A stretch of 59,183 nt of DNA, filler included, from Jimgerdemannia flammicorona (Eukaryota): NCBI GenBank assembly GCA_003990765.1. It is 3 parts of 3 records of this genome, joined end to end, with 100 filler letters (N's around TTAATTAATTAA, not from the genome) between each part and the next. Parts side by side here need not be neighbours in the genome. Positions count along the whole stretch, not along the records: positions 19,762 to 39,422 come from RBNJ01001883.1; 2 more parts are not named here. One strand, 5' to 3'. Of the stretch, positions 24,022-37,896 are shown piece after piece. A program made the position numbers and the translations under genes. Each line of letters starts with the position of its first letter. Position 1 is the first letter of the stretch. The notes under the pieces are model-generated. The model saw only the letters and a list, made by a program, of their open reading frames with translations. It was not told where the DNA came from and searched no databases.

Positions 24022-26090
24022 GACTGAGATAGTTGCTCTCTCAAACTTAATGAAAATATCTTGGATCTATCTCAGAGGTATGGCCCTTGTACCATCTGCT
24101 GTGATAAACACCAGCTTGGTTATTTCTTCAATCTCTCAACTTAGGCAGTCTGCTGCTTTCTTGCTGAGGAGACATCCTCCTGCTCCTGTATCAATGATGG
24201 TCTTGAAGATTCTATCTTCAATCTGATAGGTTGTATAGACAGAGATCTTGCAATTGTCTTTGCTCTTTTCCCTTGAGTTTTCTTGAACATTACTGGCCTC
24301 AGTTATCTTCCAACCTTACTCCTTAGTTGTCTCAGTAAGTTTATATCTTATTTGTTATCTAAATGTGGGTATTTCTGCTAGCTGGCCAAAGGTTGTATTG
24401 AGCTTTTGTTGGCTGAGGTCCTTGAAGATGTCATACTTGAAGATGTTGATTTTGTAAAGCTTCTTCTCCTTTTCTTCTTTACTGGCTAGAATGGTTTCTC
24501 AAATAATATCTTGGATAGTCTGTTTTAGCTCTATATCTTGATCTATTTCTTCACCTTGACTTTCTGTAGCAGTCTTTATCTGCTTTTCCATAGAATTCTT
24601 TTTGGGTCTCTCTGATGGTCTCTTATAGAGTTGCTTGTAGATATCTTTCTTGATAGTCTTGATAGAGTAGGCTTTCTATTTCTCTTCATATAAGTAGTAG
24701 TCTTCTTCTCCATAAGTGTAGCAGGTACCTCTCTTCTTGTCTGAGATGGTAGCAAATTTCTGAACTGGGGGTAGTCTCTTCCTTTAATTTTCTTTACTAT
24801 ATCTTCTAGGTGGGCTATTATTTTGGTAAACTTCTTAGCAAGTTTCTCCATAGGGTCACTATTCTTCTACTGCTCAGTAGCTCTTAACTAAGGTGTGTTT
24901 CAATTGATTACTATAGTAGAGATCACACTGGTTATCTTAAGTGCTTTGATTTTAACTCCAGTGACTCTGTCTATTGTATAGTCTTGTGGGTGTCTGGCTA
25001 TTTAGTATTGCTGGACATAGGTAACCTTTTGTAGTAGATCTAAAACTATTGGTGAGGAGTGGATGGCTAGGACTATTTCTGGGTGAACTCCTTTCATGAA
25101 GGTTATCTTGGCTACTTAATCTCAGATGATATTAGTATAATCTGTAAAGATTATCTGATATCAGATTTTAGTATAGAATATATTTAGATCCTCACTCATT
25201 TCTTAGTAGATTATATATATTAAGTTGATTCTTCAGGGCTTGCTTGATCTCATCTATATAGTAAGTGGCTTGAAGCCAGGTCTTCTGTACTGCTAGTACT
25301 GTATTGTTATTATTTCCTATATGGGTTGCAGTTGTAAATATTACTCTTATTGGTCCTCAGAGACTGAAGGACATGAGAGCTACTTGCTGTATTGCTGTCA
25401 AGATTCTTACAGCAGTATACTACTCAAAATCATCAATGAAGATAATGATCAATTCATCTGAAGTATATCTGTAGAATACTAGTGGTCTCATATCCATCTT
25501 ATCTAGATGTCTTAATTCAATTTGTATAGTTGTTCAGATAGTAGTAATTGTTTGTTATTTAGTTTAAAAATGAGGAATTTGTCTTGAATCACCAACTAAT
25601 AGATACCAAGTTATAATATAGTAAATGCATAACTATAGAAGTATATTGGATTTCAGTATCTTAGAAACTTGATCTTCTTTGACTCTGCAGAGTCCTCAGA
25701 ATACAGGAGTAAGTAAGTTCAAAGTATATGTATCTATCTATAGGCTTACTAATTCTTTTACTTTCTCTTTACTTTGAACTATTTCAATCTGAGGTTTATT
25801 TACTCTAGATACTGGGATATTTATATAAGTTTGCTGGCTATAAGGTAGCTAAGTTATAACTATATTTTCTGTGAGTCATTTTCTACAAGTATAGATCCTC
25901 TATATCTGTAAAATATCTATAATCATAAAGATTCTACATCTGTAGAATTTCTATATTTGTAAAGTTTCTATATTTATAAAAATATAACTACTATTTATAA
26001 GACTATACTATATTTGAGAATCCGATTCAGGTACTGTAATCAAATGTCTATTCTTCTAATTTATATTACTAATTTGGATTAACTATCACA
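24022..26090 (-). mobile_element. Gypsy family B copy 1: 5' LTR (25612-26090), PBS, gag, protease; interrupted by LINE copy 2
   Basis: Homologous to 48360-50547; TGGT PBS at 25608 after a 3-nt ACT spacer; IIDTGAGG protease motif at ~24175-24200. Confidence 0.88.
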
Positions 26091-26290
26091 AAATATTAAT
26101 TTTAAACTATTTATAGAAAATACTATTCTATATAATATAAAAAATAAATAAATAAACAAATAATAAAGATTTAAGAATTTATTAGTTTACAGTTTATAAA
26201 TCTTAACCTTTAAGTTATATATTTAAAAATTAAAAAATATTTTTAAAAATAATTAGCTATAATACTACTCTCTTATTTCTTAATTAGTAT

Positions 26291-29200
26291 TGTAATATAG
26301 TGAATACCTAATCTTAAAAGTATAGCAGATTTTTGTATCTTAAACCTTAATCTTATTCTAACTCTCACAGAGTTCTCAGAGTATAGAGGTATAAGTTCAA
26401 AATACATATATCTACCTATAGACTTATTAGTTCTCTTATTTTCTCTTTACTTTAAACTATTTTAATCTGAGATTTATTTACTCTAAATACTGGAGATACA
26501 TATTTATATAAGTTTGCTAGCTATAAGATGACTAAGTTATATATAACTATGTTTTCCATAAGTCATTTTTTATAAGTATAGATCCTTAATATCTGTAAAA
26601 TTTTAATAATTATTAAAATTCAACATCTGTTAAATCTTGATATTTATGAAATAACTACTATTTATATAGCTATACTATATTTGGGGATTGGGTTTAGATA
26701 TTGTAATCAAATCTTTATTCTCTTGATTTATATTTCTAATTCAGATCAATTATCATAATTTCCTTCTAAATAAGTATTTTATCTCTGAAGTTCTCTATTC
26801 ACTCAAACTCTCAAACTTCTATAAGTTGTATCTCCTTGTACTATGTGATTTGTATTATTATATTCTCTCAATAGTATCTTTTGATATATCTAAAGTCTCC
26901 TAAGACTACTTCTCAGAAATGAGCTAGGATTGACTCATTATCTTTAAATAACCTATATATTCTTTTAGTAATAGTAATATAGATATAAGAGAGCTAATAC
27001 TATCTAATCTAGTTTTCTTTTCTCATTTCTTACTATGAATTCAATAACTATTCCAACTTGAAATATTTTTGAAACTCAGTCTAGTTCTAATAGATCTTGA
27101 AGTATGAGATTTATGATAAGTATATTTATACTATACATTGGATACTATTGAAGAATTTCTCTATTGTAAGTAGCTCAGTAGTATACCATTATCTTTCTAT
27201 AGCTCATTGGATAGTACAGATAATCTTGAGAGCTATGGTAGTACTTTATTAAAAAGCCATAATACTTCTTTAGTTAGTTTTAGTAAAGATGATTATATCT
27301 GAGAGTTTTTATAGCCAAAAGGTAGTTTCTTTTATGTCTTATACAGATAAGATCCTTTCTACTTAGATTTCAATTTTTATAATCATGAGACTTCTATTAT
27401 ATTCCAATATACCAGAACTTTATCTTTTATCTTAATAATTTCTAAAGATTTATAAATCTTTTCTATATTATTCTACTGTAGAACTTGTATCCTAATTATA
27501 TAATTTCCAGTCTTTTTTCTGATTTGGTATAGTCTCTGTATCTCTATATTTATATATTTCTATATAATATCTTTATTAGATAATAAAGTTTCTTGAGAAC
27601 TTTTTTCTCCAAAGAGCATTTCTTATAGAGCAAAATAAGTACTTTGTAATTGAATATTCTGAAGAGCAGATAATGCTGTTAACAGATAGTGGTCTCAATT
27701 TTCATAGTTATTATAGATCTTAATAATAATATTCTTGAGAGTCTTGTTTGTCTTTTTTAATTATCTATTTTCTTAAGAGTAATAGACTATACTCCAAATA
27801 TATTGAATCTTGTACTTCTTGCAGAGAACCTCAAAGAACTAGTTCACAAATTCTGCTCCTCTGTCTGTAGTTACTTGTATTGAGGTCTTAAATTGACAGA
27901 TGATTTCTTTGTAAAAGAAATTGATAATTGACTATATATTTACTTTCTTGAGGAGTTCTGCTTCTACCTATTTTGTAAAAAGATCTATAATGATAATGAT
28001 ATATCAGTTATCAGTTAAAGTCAAGGGTAGAGGGCCAATTATATTTATTGTAATATATATAACTAGTTCTATATATACTAATCCTGTAGTCTGATTTCAT
28101 TTTTTTTTTTTTTAATAAACTCAGAGTTCTGTAAATTTTATTAGAAGAGAACCTAGACTATATAGGCCAAAACTCTCCCTCACCACCTACTGGACATTAT
28201 TCTTCTATTAACTTAGACTACTGAATTGTTCTACAGTCTTACTATTCCTACTATATACATATATCAGATATGCCAACTCCCACTATATAGACTAGACTTG
28301 TCTATTCACCAGAGCTGAATTATCATAACTATATATGAGAGCACACCTATACATCAGATCTAGTAATACTAGGACTGAATAAAGAATAGTCTTCTGAAAT
28401 CTAAACAAAGATCTAAGACAAAGAAAAACCCTCCAACTAGCCAATAGAAGACAGAATAGATTCAGAGTAGATAAGTAAAGAACTTATATAGAATCTCCTC
28501 AAAAGGACTGATATATGGGCTAAGACTTAAAAAAGCCCCACTCTTACTCTCTGAGCCTATAGACATCTGTATCAGCTCCCAGTTCTAGTCAGGTACTACT
28601 AAATGAGAGAGATCCCACTCTCCAAGCCTGTGGGTCTTAATTGTGTTACCACATCAGCTCTTAGTTCTAGTTGAATATAGCCAGGATACTGGCCTCTGTA
28701 TCACCCCACTCTCTGCTAGTCAATCAAAAGGCCCCACCAAGATAATGCCTGCCCTAACCCCAATGACTGTCCCCAGCCTAGTACCCTACTAGTCTATCAT
28801 TATCACTCTTCTGTCTATCTGTAACAGCCATCTCCCCTTCCATTCCAATACTATCTGAAAAACAGTTACCTATATCAGAACTACACTCACTAAGAAGCTC
28901 GCCAAAGCTCAGAGAGCCCCACCACAGATACTGAGGACCTGCAGGTAATCTATACTAGTACTTAATGCCCAAGATCAGCTAACTCCATACATATCCCATA
29001 ATATACCAGATGATATCTTGTAGATGATAGTAAAAAAAAAAAAGTACTATACTAAAATAAATATACTTCAGATATAGCTAAAGGAATTAGAAACTGTAAA
29101 AAAGTGAAAAAGACACTAATCTAATACTAATAAAGAGATAACTCAACACTATTACCTCTCTCTCACTATGCTCTTGCAGGTACAGCAAACTAACTCAAGA

Positions 29201-29639
29201 TAGTGAGAATAATAATAAAGGAAAGGGGACTCAGAAGATTACCTATCAAACCTTGTAACTAATAAGGTAGTAGAGAAAGAAGTATGGGGGTCTGATTTAA
29301 CTAATCTTATTTCTGTTTCTGATATTTGTTATAGATCTTGATAAATCATCTGATATCTTTCTCTATTTCTGACTATTATATTGTTCTTCTCACTTTATTA
29401 TATATATCTATTTCTTCTAGATAGCTAAGTTTATATACTAATTTTATTACTTACTCTTTTTTGTATTTAGTGTTATATAGTAGTCATGAGTCCTTCAAAT
29501 ATATCAGATTCTCTTCAAGGTATATCTCTTAGACTAACTCAAGTTTGTTATAAGCAAGTTCTTATTGGAGTGCCTTCCTAAGGTCTTATAGTCCTCAAAC
29601 TTCTTATCTTTAAACTGTCTTGTTATCTCTTAGATTGCT
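26291..29639 (-). mobile_element. Gypsy family B copy 2: integrase, post-integrase ORF, 3' LTR (26291-26757); interrupted at 28100-29289 and by family C at 29640
   Basis: LTR matches 44093-44594; internal part matches 44600-45800; IIGPLPLT and TDRGAEFVN integrase motifs. Confidence 0.85.
28100..29289 (-). mobile_element. Short (~1.19 kb) poly(A)-tailed non-autonomous retroposon, probably an internally deleted LINE
   Basis: T-run 28100-28113; GTCTGATTT duplicated at 28089-28097 and 29290-29298; host integrase sequence resumes after it; 5' end CCCCATACTTCTTTCTCT...TTACA resembles LINE 5' ends; G-rich body on minus strand. Confidence 0.65.
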
Positions 29640-29922
29640 TATAAGGAATTATATATAAGTGAACCAGAACTGACTTTATTTCAGAGGAAATAAGAAAGGT
29701 ATATACAAAATATAATTCAATGGTTGCTAAGATATAAAGCTAAATATAAATTCCAATAATCAAATAAAATGCTGGAACACAGAAAACTGCCAAGTTCCAG
29801 TGCCAGTACAGATGGTTGCACAGGTTCAGGATACTGATATGTATAATTTTAGTAATACAAGAAAAGGATGCTGAAATAATTCTGAGTCACATAAGGTCAG
29901 AATGCTGGTGGAGGAACAGCTG

Positions 29923-31357
29923 TTATACAGGAAAAGAATGCTGGCATAATTCAGTATAACCAAGCAGAAAGTTCAGGACCATAGGGGCTTCATCTTCATC
30001 AGAGGTCAGGATGTCTTTGAAGGAGATGAGATCTATGAATGTTTCATCTGTCTCTTCATCATCACATAGGTCATGTGTTTCATGTATGTCATGTATGTTG
30101 TGCAGGATGATGTCATCACTAGTGCTCCGAACGAGTCAATCCGGATGGGATTCGGATGGATTCGAATCAACCATTGTTTTGATTTCCAAATTAGACAAGT
30201 AAATGTTTGCATCAATAACTCGATGAATAATCATCCAAATTTGATGATCTTAGAGTCATTTGAAAGCCCTTAATAAGGCCTTTCTAATGATACCAAGAAC
30301 ATTAAAATCGGATCATGTGTTGCTGAGTTATGAAGGAAACCGTGTGAATCACCAATTTTGGAAATTTCATCAAATAGAACGTTTTCCTTAATATCTCGAC
30401 AACACGTAATCCGATTTTAATGTTCTTGGTATCATTAGAAAGGCCTTATTATGGGCCTTCAAATGACACTAAGATCATCAAATTTGGATGATTATTCATC
30501 GAGTTATTGATGTAAACATTTAATTGTCTAATTTGGAAATCAAAACAATGGTTGATTCGAATCCATCCAGATGGGATTCGAATCCCATCCAAGTTGATCC
30601 AGATGGGATTCAATCCAAATCAATCCAAATCCAATCTGGATTAAATTGACTTGTTAGGAGTACTAGTCATCACCAATGATATCATCATGTTCAGCAGTGG
30701 CAGGAACAAGGAGGTCTGGAGCTCTCCAGTCTATGAGGTTCTCTTCTATGAAACAGGAGATAAATGTGGGGTCTTGGGGAGGTCTGACCTAGATGCTGGG
30801 GCCTTGGAATACTGAGATCAATCTTTGCAGGAATTGATCTGGGTTGTCTTGGAGGATAGGATGCTAGAAGTCTTCTACTTCATCACTATTGAGGGTGATA
30901 GTGGATTGGGCTTCTGTAGTCACTCTGGCTTCTAGTATATTGATATGGCAGGCTGATAGATCTCTGAAGTCTGAGACTCTAACATACTCTAAGTTGGGGA
31001 TCAACTATAGTACATACCTGAAGATCTGATGAATCTTCTTAGCTATCCTTGTTTCACATATATCTATGGAAGTGGTATCTTATAACTCTTGAGGGCTGGC
31101 CTGTGGGAACTCCCAGCAAAGAAGGTTTCTTATTTTTACTCCTGCTACATTTGGAGATATTTGGTAGCAATGGTGATCCTTGTTTCTATTTCATAGCAGT
31201 AGAGAATAAAGTGATAAGGATCCATAGTACCTAGGTTGAGGCTAGGAGTCCTTCTTGTATAGATCCTTATGACTCTTCTGATGTCTTGGAACATTCTTTC
31301 TTCAACTGAGATACCTTGGTGGTTCCTTGACCTTGAGGTTTGGTGAGCAGTAGGCAT
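29923..31357 (-). pseudogene. Family C LTR-embedded accessory ORF, split by a MITE
   Basis: MPTAHQ...YCYEIETRI...RIAKKIHQIF...IPNLEYVRVSDFRDL...QDNPDQFLQRLISVF...DDEETDETF; frame is restored across the MITE when it and one TSD are removed; diverged homolog at ~52760-53390. Confidence 0.7.
30120..30665. mobile_element. hAT-type MITE/foldback element (546 bp)
   Basis: Termini TAGTGCTCC...GGAGTACTA; perfect 8-bp TSD GTCATCAC (30112-30119, 30666-30673); ~200-bp near-perfect inverted arms; subterminal GGAT/ATCC repeats; no transposase. Confidence 0.9.
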
Positions 31358-32825
31358 TTTATTTATAGTAAGTCTTTGAGCTATTTTGGGATTGGTGGGT
31401 CTTGTTGAGTTACTGCTACTGTGGTTTCTTGATTCTTCTTTTATATTCCTCAAGATGTCTGTTCTGTAATTATAATGACTCACAGTTGGTCATTATTACT
31501 CATTTCATAGTCTGAGTGAGTCATACTATATGATCTTCTTATACTCCAATCTGGTGGCTTATAAGGAAAGGCTGTCTCCTGTGCTGATATCATCATTCTG
31601 AGATCACTATTATATCTTCCTTCTGAATAAGAATCTTCTTGAACATCCTTATTCATTAGTCCAGTCCTGAAAAATTTGCTGATCTCATAACCTCTGACAA
31701 GGGGTCAAAAAGTAGTATTTATGGGCTAGTATCTTCTCTATATATTTTGGCATAATGGTGAAGGGTCGCTCTCTTCATATAGAGTAAAGGCCTGATTCTG
31801 ATCTTAATCAATCAGTTGATGGTTTGAACTTCTCTGGCTTCAAAAGTCTCATGAATGAATAGTTGCTGATACTATATCTCTTAGAGAATAGTCCAGTCAG
31901 ATAGCCTGCTGGTTACAGGATATATTGTTACAATTTGCAGACTAGAATCTTGTAGACAGTTATTACATTTTGCTTCTCTTATATAAGTTCATAGTACTTC
32001 TTGAGTCTATTCCTATATACTGTGGTAGGTAGTATGGTCTCTGAGATTTTTCTAAGCCAGAAGGTAGTTTTCTTGATATCTTGCACATAGAAGGGTCTTT
32101 CCCATTTGGGCTCCAGTTTTTACAACCATGAGACTTCTACTATATTTTGATACAGTAGAACCTTTTCTCCAATTTGAATGGGTTCTAGGATCTTATAATT
32201 CTTTTTTGCATTTTTTCTCATCAGTACTTGTGACTTGATAATATAATCTTCAGCCTTCTTTCTGATTTGGTGTAGTCTCTAGATTTCTGAGTCAATCTAT
32301 CTCAGATTTGTAGCTGAGGTTCCATCAGAATCTTCTTCTCCAAAGAGCAGTTCTATTGGGAAAGTGTATGCTCTGTGACTATATATCTCATAAGACAGAG
32401 GAGGTAGTTGGGAGGTAGTTATTCTAATTCTCATATGTGCCTGAGATCTTCACCAGGATGTTCTTAAGAGTCTTGTTGATTCTCTCTGTCTGTCTATTTC
32501 CTTGAGGGTGATACATGGTGGTCTTGATGTACTGAATCTTGTATTTCTAATATATTATCTCATAAAATCCATTGACAAATGCTGTGCTATAGTCTGTGGT
32601 GATTTGTCTTGGTGTCTTGTAGTAGCAGATAATTTCTTGGTATAGGAAGTTAGCTATAGAGAGAGCATTGGCTTCTTGTAATACTCCTGTTTCTATCCAT
32701 TTGGTAATGAGGTCTATAATAACTATAATATAGCAGTTTCCTGATAGTATTACTGATAGTGGTCCAATAATATTCATTGCAATATAGTGGAAGGAGATTG
32801 GCTCAATTCTTGATGATCTACAAAT

Positions 32826-35800
32826 ACTCCCCCCATCTTTCTCTGGTACCATTCAGGTTACACAACCTTCGGAAGGCACTTATAACATCATTTTTAGAGA
32901 AAAGAGACTAACAACATGGCAACCAACAGGTAATCTGAGGTATGTACTTGGCAGAGTGGCCCAAGCACTTTCAAATAGCAGCAGGTGGGGAGGGGCCCAG
33001 GCCTGGGGGGGGGCATGAGGGAGCTGCTGGCAGGAGGATACGGAAGAGGTGGAGGTATTGGTGGCAGACAAGGGTCTGGGAGAGCAAGCTTTGCAGAGAT
33101 GGTGAAGGGGAGGCAGCAGGTGTCAGGGCTGGAGGGCTGGCTGAGGAGGGGCAAGGAGACTGAGAAGGTGGTGGTGCATGGTGGAGCAGCCCTTGAAAAG
33201 GAGGGCAGTGGAGCTGGGGGAGTAGTGGCTAGAGAGAGTGTGACTGCTGATGGCAACAGGACTGCTAATCTGGAAAAAAATCCAGATGTGATGGCTGTTA
33301 GTGAGGCTGAGCAGATGAGGCTTGAAAGACAAGGAGATTTGGCAGATGGCGTGATGGGCCTGGTGGTGGCCCTGTTACTCAAAAAATCAATCTCGGCATT
33401 TGTAGTTACACTGTGCTTCCAGGGCTTAGTAGTGACAGTGAAAATAGTGCTGGGGCTTATTGCTAAGCAGGTGGCAGGAGCGGTATCAGTGAAGTTTTTA
33501 AAGAGACTGGAGAGTGTAGAGGTGGGCTTTGAGGAGGCAGAGCCACTGGAGGAGGCATTGAAGGTTAGATTGGTGGTTGGCAAGGTGTGTGTTCTGATAG
33601 CAAGGTGTCTGAAATGGGATCCAAGGGTGATCCAACTGCTGGTGAAAGGAGTGCCCATGGTGATGGCGATAGAGATGAGAAAGAGAGTTGAGGATGTCAT
33701 GGCAGAGTATGGCGAGGTGGTGAATATCAGATTCAGGGTCTGGGAAGGGACCTCGCTCAGAACTGAGGATGTAGATGTGAGGATTCAGCTGGCTGGGAAA
33801 GATGCTACTGGGAAGGCAAGGGACTGGCCTTCAGTGATAGTCTGGAGAGCGATCTTGTGTAAGGTGATAAGGATAAAAGGAAGTAAAGAGGAGGAAGAGA
33901 ATTTATTAGAAGCACTGGAAGAATTGGATGGTACCATGGAGCAGCATGCAAAGGCTTGGAAGGCTTCATAGAGTTGATGCACCTGGAGGTGGTGGATGGA
34001 AAGAGGATTTGAGTGGACAAGATGCAGTGGAAAAGGGCTCAGAGGTATAAGAGATAGAAGGATCTGCTGGCTAAACTGAGGAACAGACCACAGGAGGATG
34101 TGAGTAATATGATGGGTGCAGAAGGGACCAAAGTAAGTGACTGGGCTAGTGAGAGGAGTGGGAATGCTAGGGAGGAGACAGGGAAGGCAAAGGAGGTGAA
34201 GATTATTAACCCATATGCTGATGGCACCTTGGAGGTTTGGGAGGAGGTCTGGAAGGATTCCCCCACTCCTTCTCCTCTTATCAGGTGAGGCCTAGCTTCC
34301 AGAAACAAGATGGTGGAGGACATGACAATACTGGAGACCCATCAGGTGAAATTCAGCATTCCAGAGGTGATGGGTAGGAGACATGTGGTGGCTGCTGGGG
34401 AGGAGGAACTAGTGGATGTCCCAGAGGTATGGGATGAGACTGTGAGTGCTAGAGCTGACACTATAATACTGGATGGAGAGAGGCCAGCAACCCCTGGAGG
34501 GAAGGAGGTGGGGAACCTACTTTGGATGTGCAGGATGATGAATAACCTGGTAGCAGAAGAGTTAGGAGAGGTGGACTTGCGAGTGATGGGTGATGAGCAC
34601 TGGGCATGGATTTTGTAAGGGGATGGAGTGATGATGGCACTGAAGATGGAAATTCTCATAGTGTATCTGGAGGAGGAAGGATATGAGGTGGACAAGGAGC
34701 GGGAGATAGAGATGGTAGTTGTTGCTGGGGAGAGGGCTGAGTACTGTTGGAACAAGCATCATAGATTGCAGCTTTGGCAGGAGGCTTACATTGAGTACTG
34801 GGAGGAGTTTGAGAAGAAGGCAGATGGGGAGATGAATGAGCTATTGGCTGGATTGGAGGCTCAGAGGGCTGAAGAGGAGGAGGTGATGGCAGAACATAAT
34901 CTAGACATAGCACAGGAGGAGATAAGCATGGAGCAGTAGAGATTGACTGATAAAAAATCATATTTCATTATGAACAGTACAACCAACATTTTTTCTATGA
35001 ATGTGAATGGGCTACGGGGTGCTGTTAGACATAGGAATATTTTTATTTGGCTAAAGGGATTGGAGGCCGATCTCTTCCTCTTACAGGATATTAGGTGCGA
35101 GAATGACTCTGATAGGTTGGAATGGACAAAGGAATGAGGTGGTATGGTAATTTGGAATGGCAAGGTTGGGATTCTGGTTCAGAAAGGCAGAGGGGAGATA
35201 AGAGATATGAGGAGTTGGTGGGAGAGGCTGGTCTGGGGTGAATGGATTCGTGCAGGCTGGGAGCCAGTTATAGTTGGATCCTGTTACTGTTCTGCCATAA
35301 GGGGGGAGCATATAGATTGGGTGAAGGGTCTCCAGGAGAGTGGAATCCTGGCAGAGGCTGGAGTAGATATGCTTGGGGGAGATTTCAATATGGTTCGAGA
35401 TGTACAGAAGGATAGAACTGATGAAGGTTGAGGTGCTAAGAGTCAGAGTGGGGGGCTGGCGATGTGGGAGGAAGTTGAAAGACTAGGAGCACTGGTAAAT
35501 GCTGGTAGAGAGTACTGGGGGGATAGGAGGGTATATATGCATTGGGCTGGAGGCCTGGGGACAAGGATCGACTGGGTTCTGATAGCCAACTGTTGGGGCC
35601 ATGATGTTTGAAAGTTGCTGGAGGTGGAATAGTGTCCATGGTCAGATCACTGGAGCCTTTTGGGACAGGGGTGCTTTGGGGGAAGTAGGGATGGGCCTGG
35701 ACATTGGCGCCTAAATTCCTTCTTGTTAGATGATGGGTCTCAGTGGGAGGAGTAGGCTAAAGACATTCAGCTGAGGGTGGAGAACTGATGGCAGAAAGGT

Positions 35801-37879
35801 GTCTCAATTGGGGTTCAGTAGATGAGGATAAAAGAGATGGCCAGGATGTACTGGAGTGAGGCTGGCAAGGTGGTGAGAAAGCAGTAATAGCAGAGAGTGC
35901 ACTGGGCTTCTACTAAATTGGCTAGGCTTCTGGAGGAGTGGACAAGATTGGCGATGGTGGAGGGAGAAGAGGATTGGAGAGTAATGAGGGCAAAGATGGA
36001 GGTTGGGAAACTATAACAGATGCTGTGGGAAGAGGAAGAGGCAAGGGTGCAAAGCTTGGTAGCATGGCTTCATTGGTAGGGGCTGGAGGAAGGGAAAAAG
36101 TCTTCCAAGTTTCTCATGAGGACTCTTAGGGTGAGAAGGATATAGCAATGATTGGAAGGGGTATTTGACTCAGATGGTGTACTAGTGCATGGTGTACAGG
36201 ATATTTTTGGATCACTGAAGGAGTGATGGAGTGGATTGTGGAGTGAGGAGGAGGGTGGGGTGGATGCTACTGCCATTGACCGAATATTGGAGAATTGGCA
36301 CTCATCATAAGTTATGGGACTAGATGATCTGGTAATACCTGTAAAGGAGGATGAGGTCCACCAGGTTCTTGCCATGACAGCCTCAGGTATAGTACCTGGG
36401 GAGGATGGCCTACCCTGGGACTTCTGGAAGTAAATGGTTGGAGTCTCAGGTGTGATAGGAGAGTTGATGGCATTGTGTGACTCTATATTGCAGACAGGAA
36501 GATGGGTGGGAGAGCAGGATCTTGGGCTGGTGACACTGCTTTATAAGAACAAAGGAAGGTGAGAGGACTGGAAGAACTGGCAGTCAATAATGTTGCTAGA
36601 TATGGACAGAAAGTTAGTGACTAAGAAGGCTACAGAAGATAGCCCAGCAAGTTGTAGGGGTTGAGCAGAGGGGATTTGTGGGTGGTCGGCTTATTAGAGA
36701 TGGCACAGCCTGGGTACATAGAGTTATTGAAGGGGCTAGAGCATGTCAACTGGATGGGCAACTAGTCTTCTTAGACCAGAAGAAGGCTTATGACTGAGTG
36801 CGATGAGTCTGGCTGGTGAAAGTATTGGATAGAATGGGGGTTCCAATCCAATTTCGGTCAGCAATGATCAGCCTACTGGAAGAGAGTAGGGCTGCACTCA
36901 TGTATAATGGGCATAGAGGGGTAGTATTCCCTCTGGGTAGGGGGGTGCCCCAGGGGGACCCACTGTCCCCCATCTTGTATGCACTTTCCCTAGAACCCCT
37001 AATGGATAGAATTAGGCAGAAGATAGTAGGGCTCTCTATCTATAGCATTGGGTGGAAAGTTGGGGCCTTTGCAGATGATATGGTGGTTGGTCTGGGATCG
37101 ATTGCTGATGTGGAGGAGCTCAAGAAGACAGTGGAGTGATATGAGGAGAACTCTGAGATGAAGCTGAATTGGTACAAGTGTGAAACAATAGTGCTAAACA
37201 ATGGCCTTGTAGGAGGAGAAGTTATAGGAACAATTGTCCCCACTGGTGAGGCAGTGCAGTACTTGGGTATCTATTTGTCAGTCTATGGATCAGTTCTGCC
37301 CAGGCTTTGGTGGGAGCAGCGAATTGGAATTTGGGAGGAGGACCTGTGGGGTTGGAGGGGAAGACACTTTTCTCTGGTGGGACGGGTCTTGATTTTGAAT
37401 GTATATTGGCTGCTGAAGCTGTAGTATTTGGCTTATCATCTAGACTTCCCGGCCTGGGTAGTGAAGAGATTAGTGAAGGTGGCCAAAGAATGGATTTGGG
37501 CTGGCAGATAGAGCCAGATTGGTTGGGAGACCTTGTCCCTACTGGTGGCGAGAGGTGGTCTTGGGCTGGTGGACTTTCCCAAATAACTACACTGCTTGAG
37601 GGCATGGTGACTTAAGAGAGTGATGGAGTTGCGAGGAGAGAGTTGGGTTCCCCTGCTGCAGAAGGTCTGAGAGAGGCAATCATCACTGAGAGGCTCCACT
37701 GGTGATCTTCTCTCTTTGGTTGAAATTCAAAACACTGCACAATTGCAATATAGAGGCTTCTGGTGGGAGATAGTGGAGGGGGTACACCACATTGGTATTC
37801 GCTGGCAGGGGAATAAGGGAGAGGAGGCTTGGGACCTGGCAATGTGGAGATGGGATAGCATACTACTAGGCAGCATGCC
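32826..37879 (+). mobile_element. LINE copy 3 (5' UTR, ORF1 32916-34939, ORF2 from 34970), interrupted at 37880 by a family A LTR
   Basis: Conserved 5' motif CTTTCTCTGGTACCATTCAGGTTACACAA; MNSTTNIFSMNVNGL; GVPQGDPLSP; FADD; many nonsense transitions. Confidence 0.95.
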
Positions 37880-37896
37880 TGTAAGCGCACAACCTC

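Larger units (their letters stand above)
29640..32825 (-). mobile_element. Gypsy family C, 3' part: integrase, tail region and 3' LTR (29640-31543)
   Basis: IAMNIIGPL, DLITKWIE, TMYHPQGN, LEPKWERPF integrase motifs; T(G>A)TAAG/CTTA(C>T)A termini at 29640 and 31543; LTR limits from a single copy. Confidence 0.75.
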
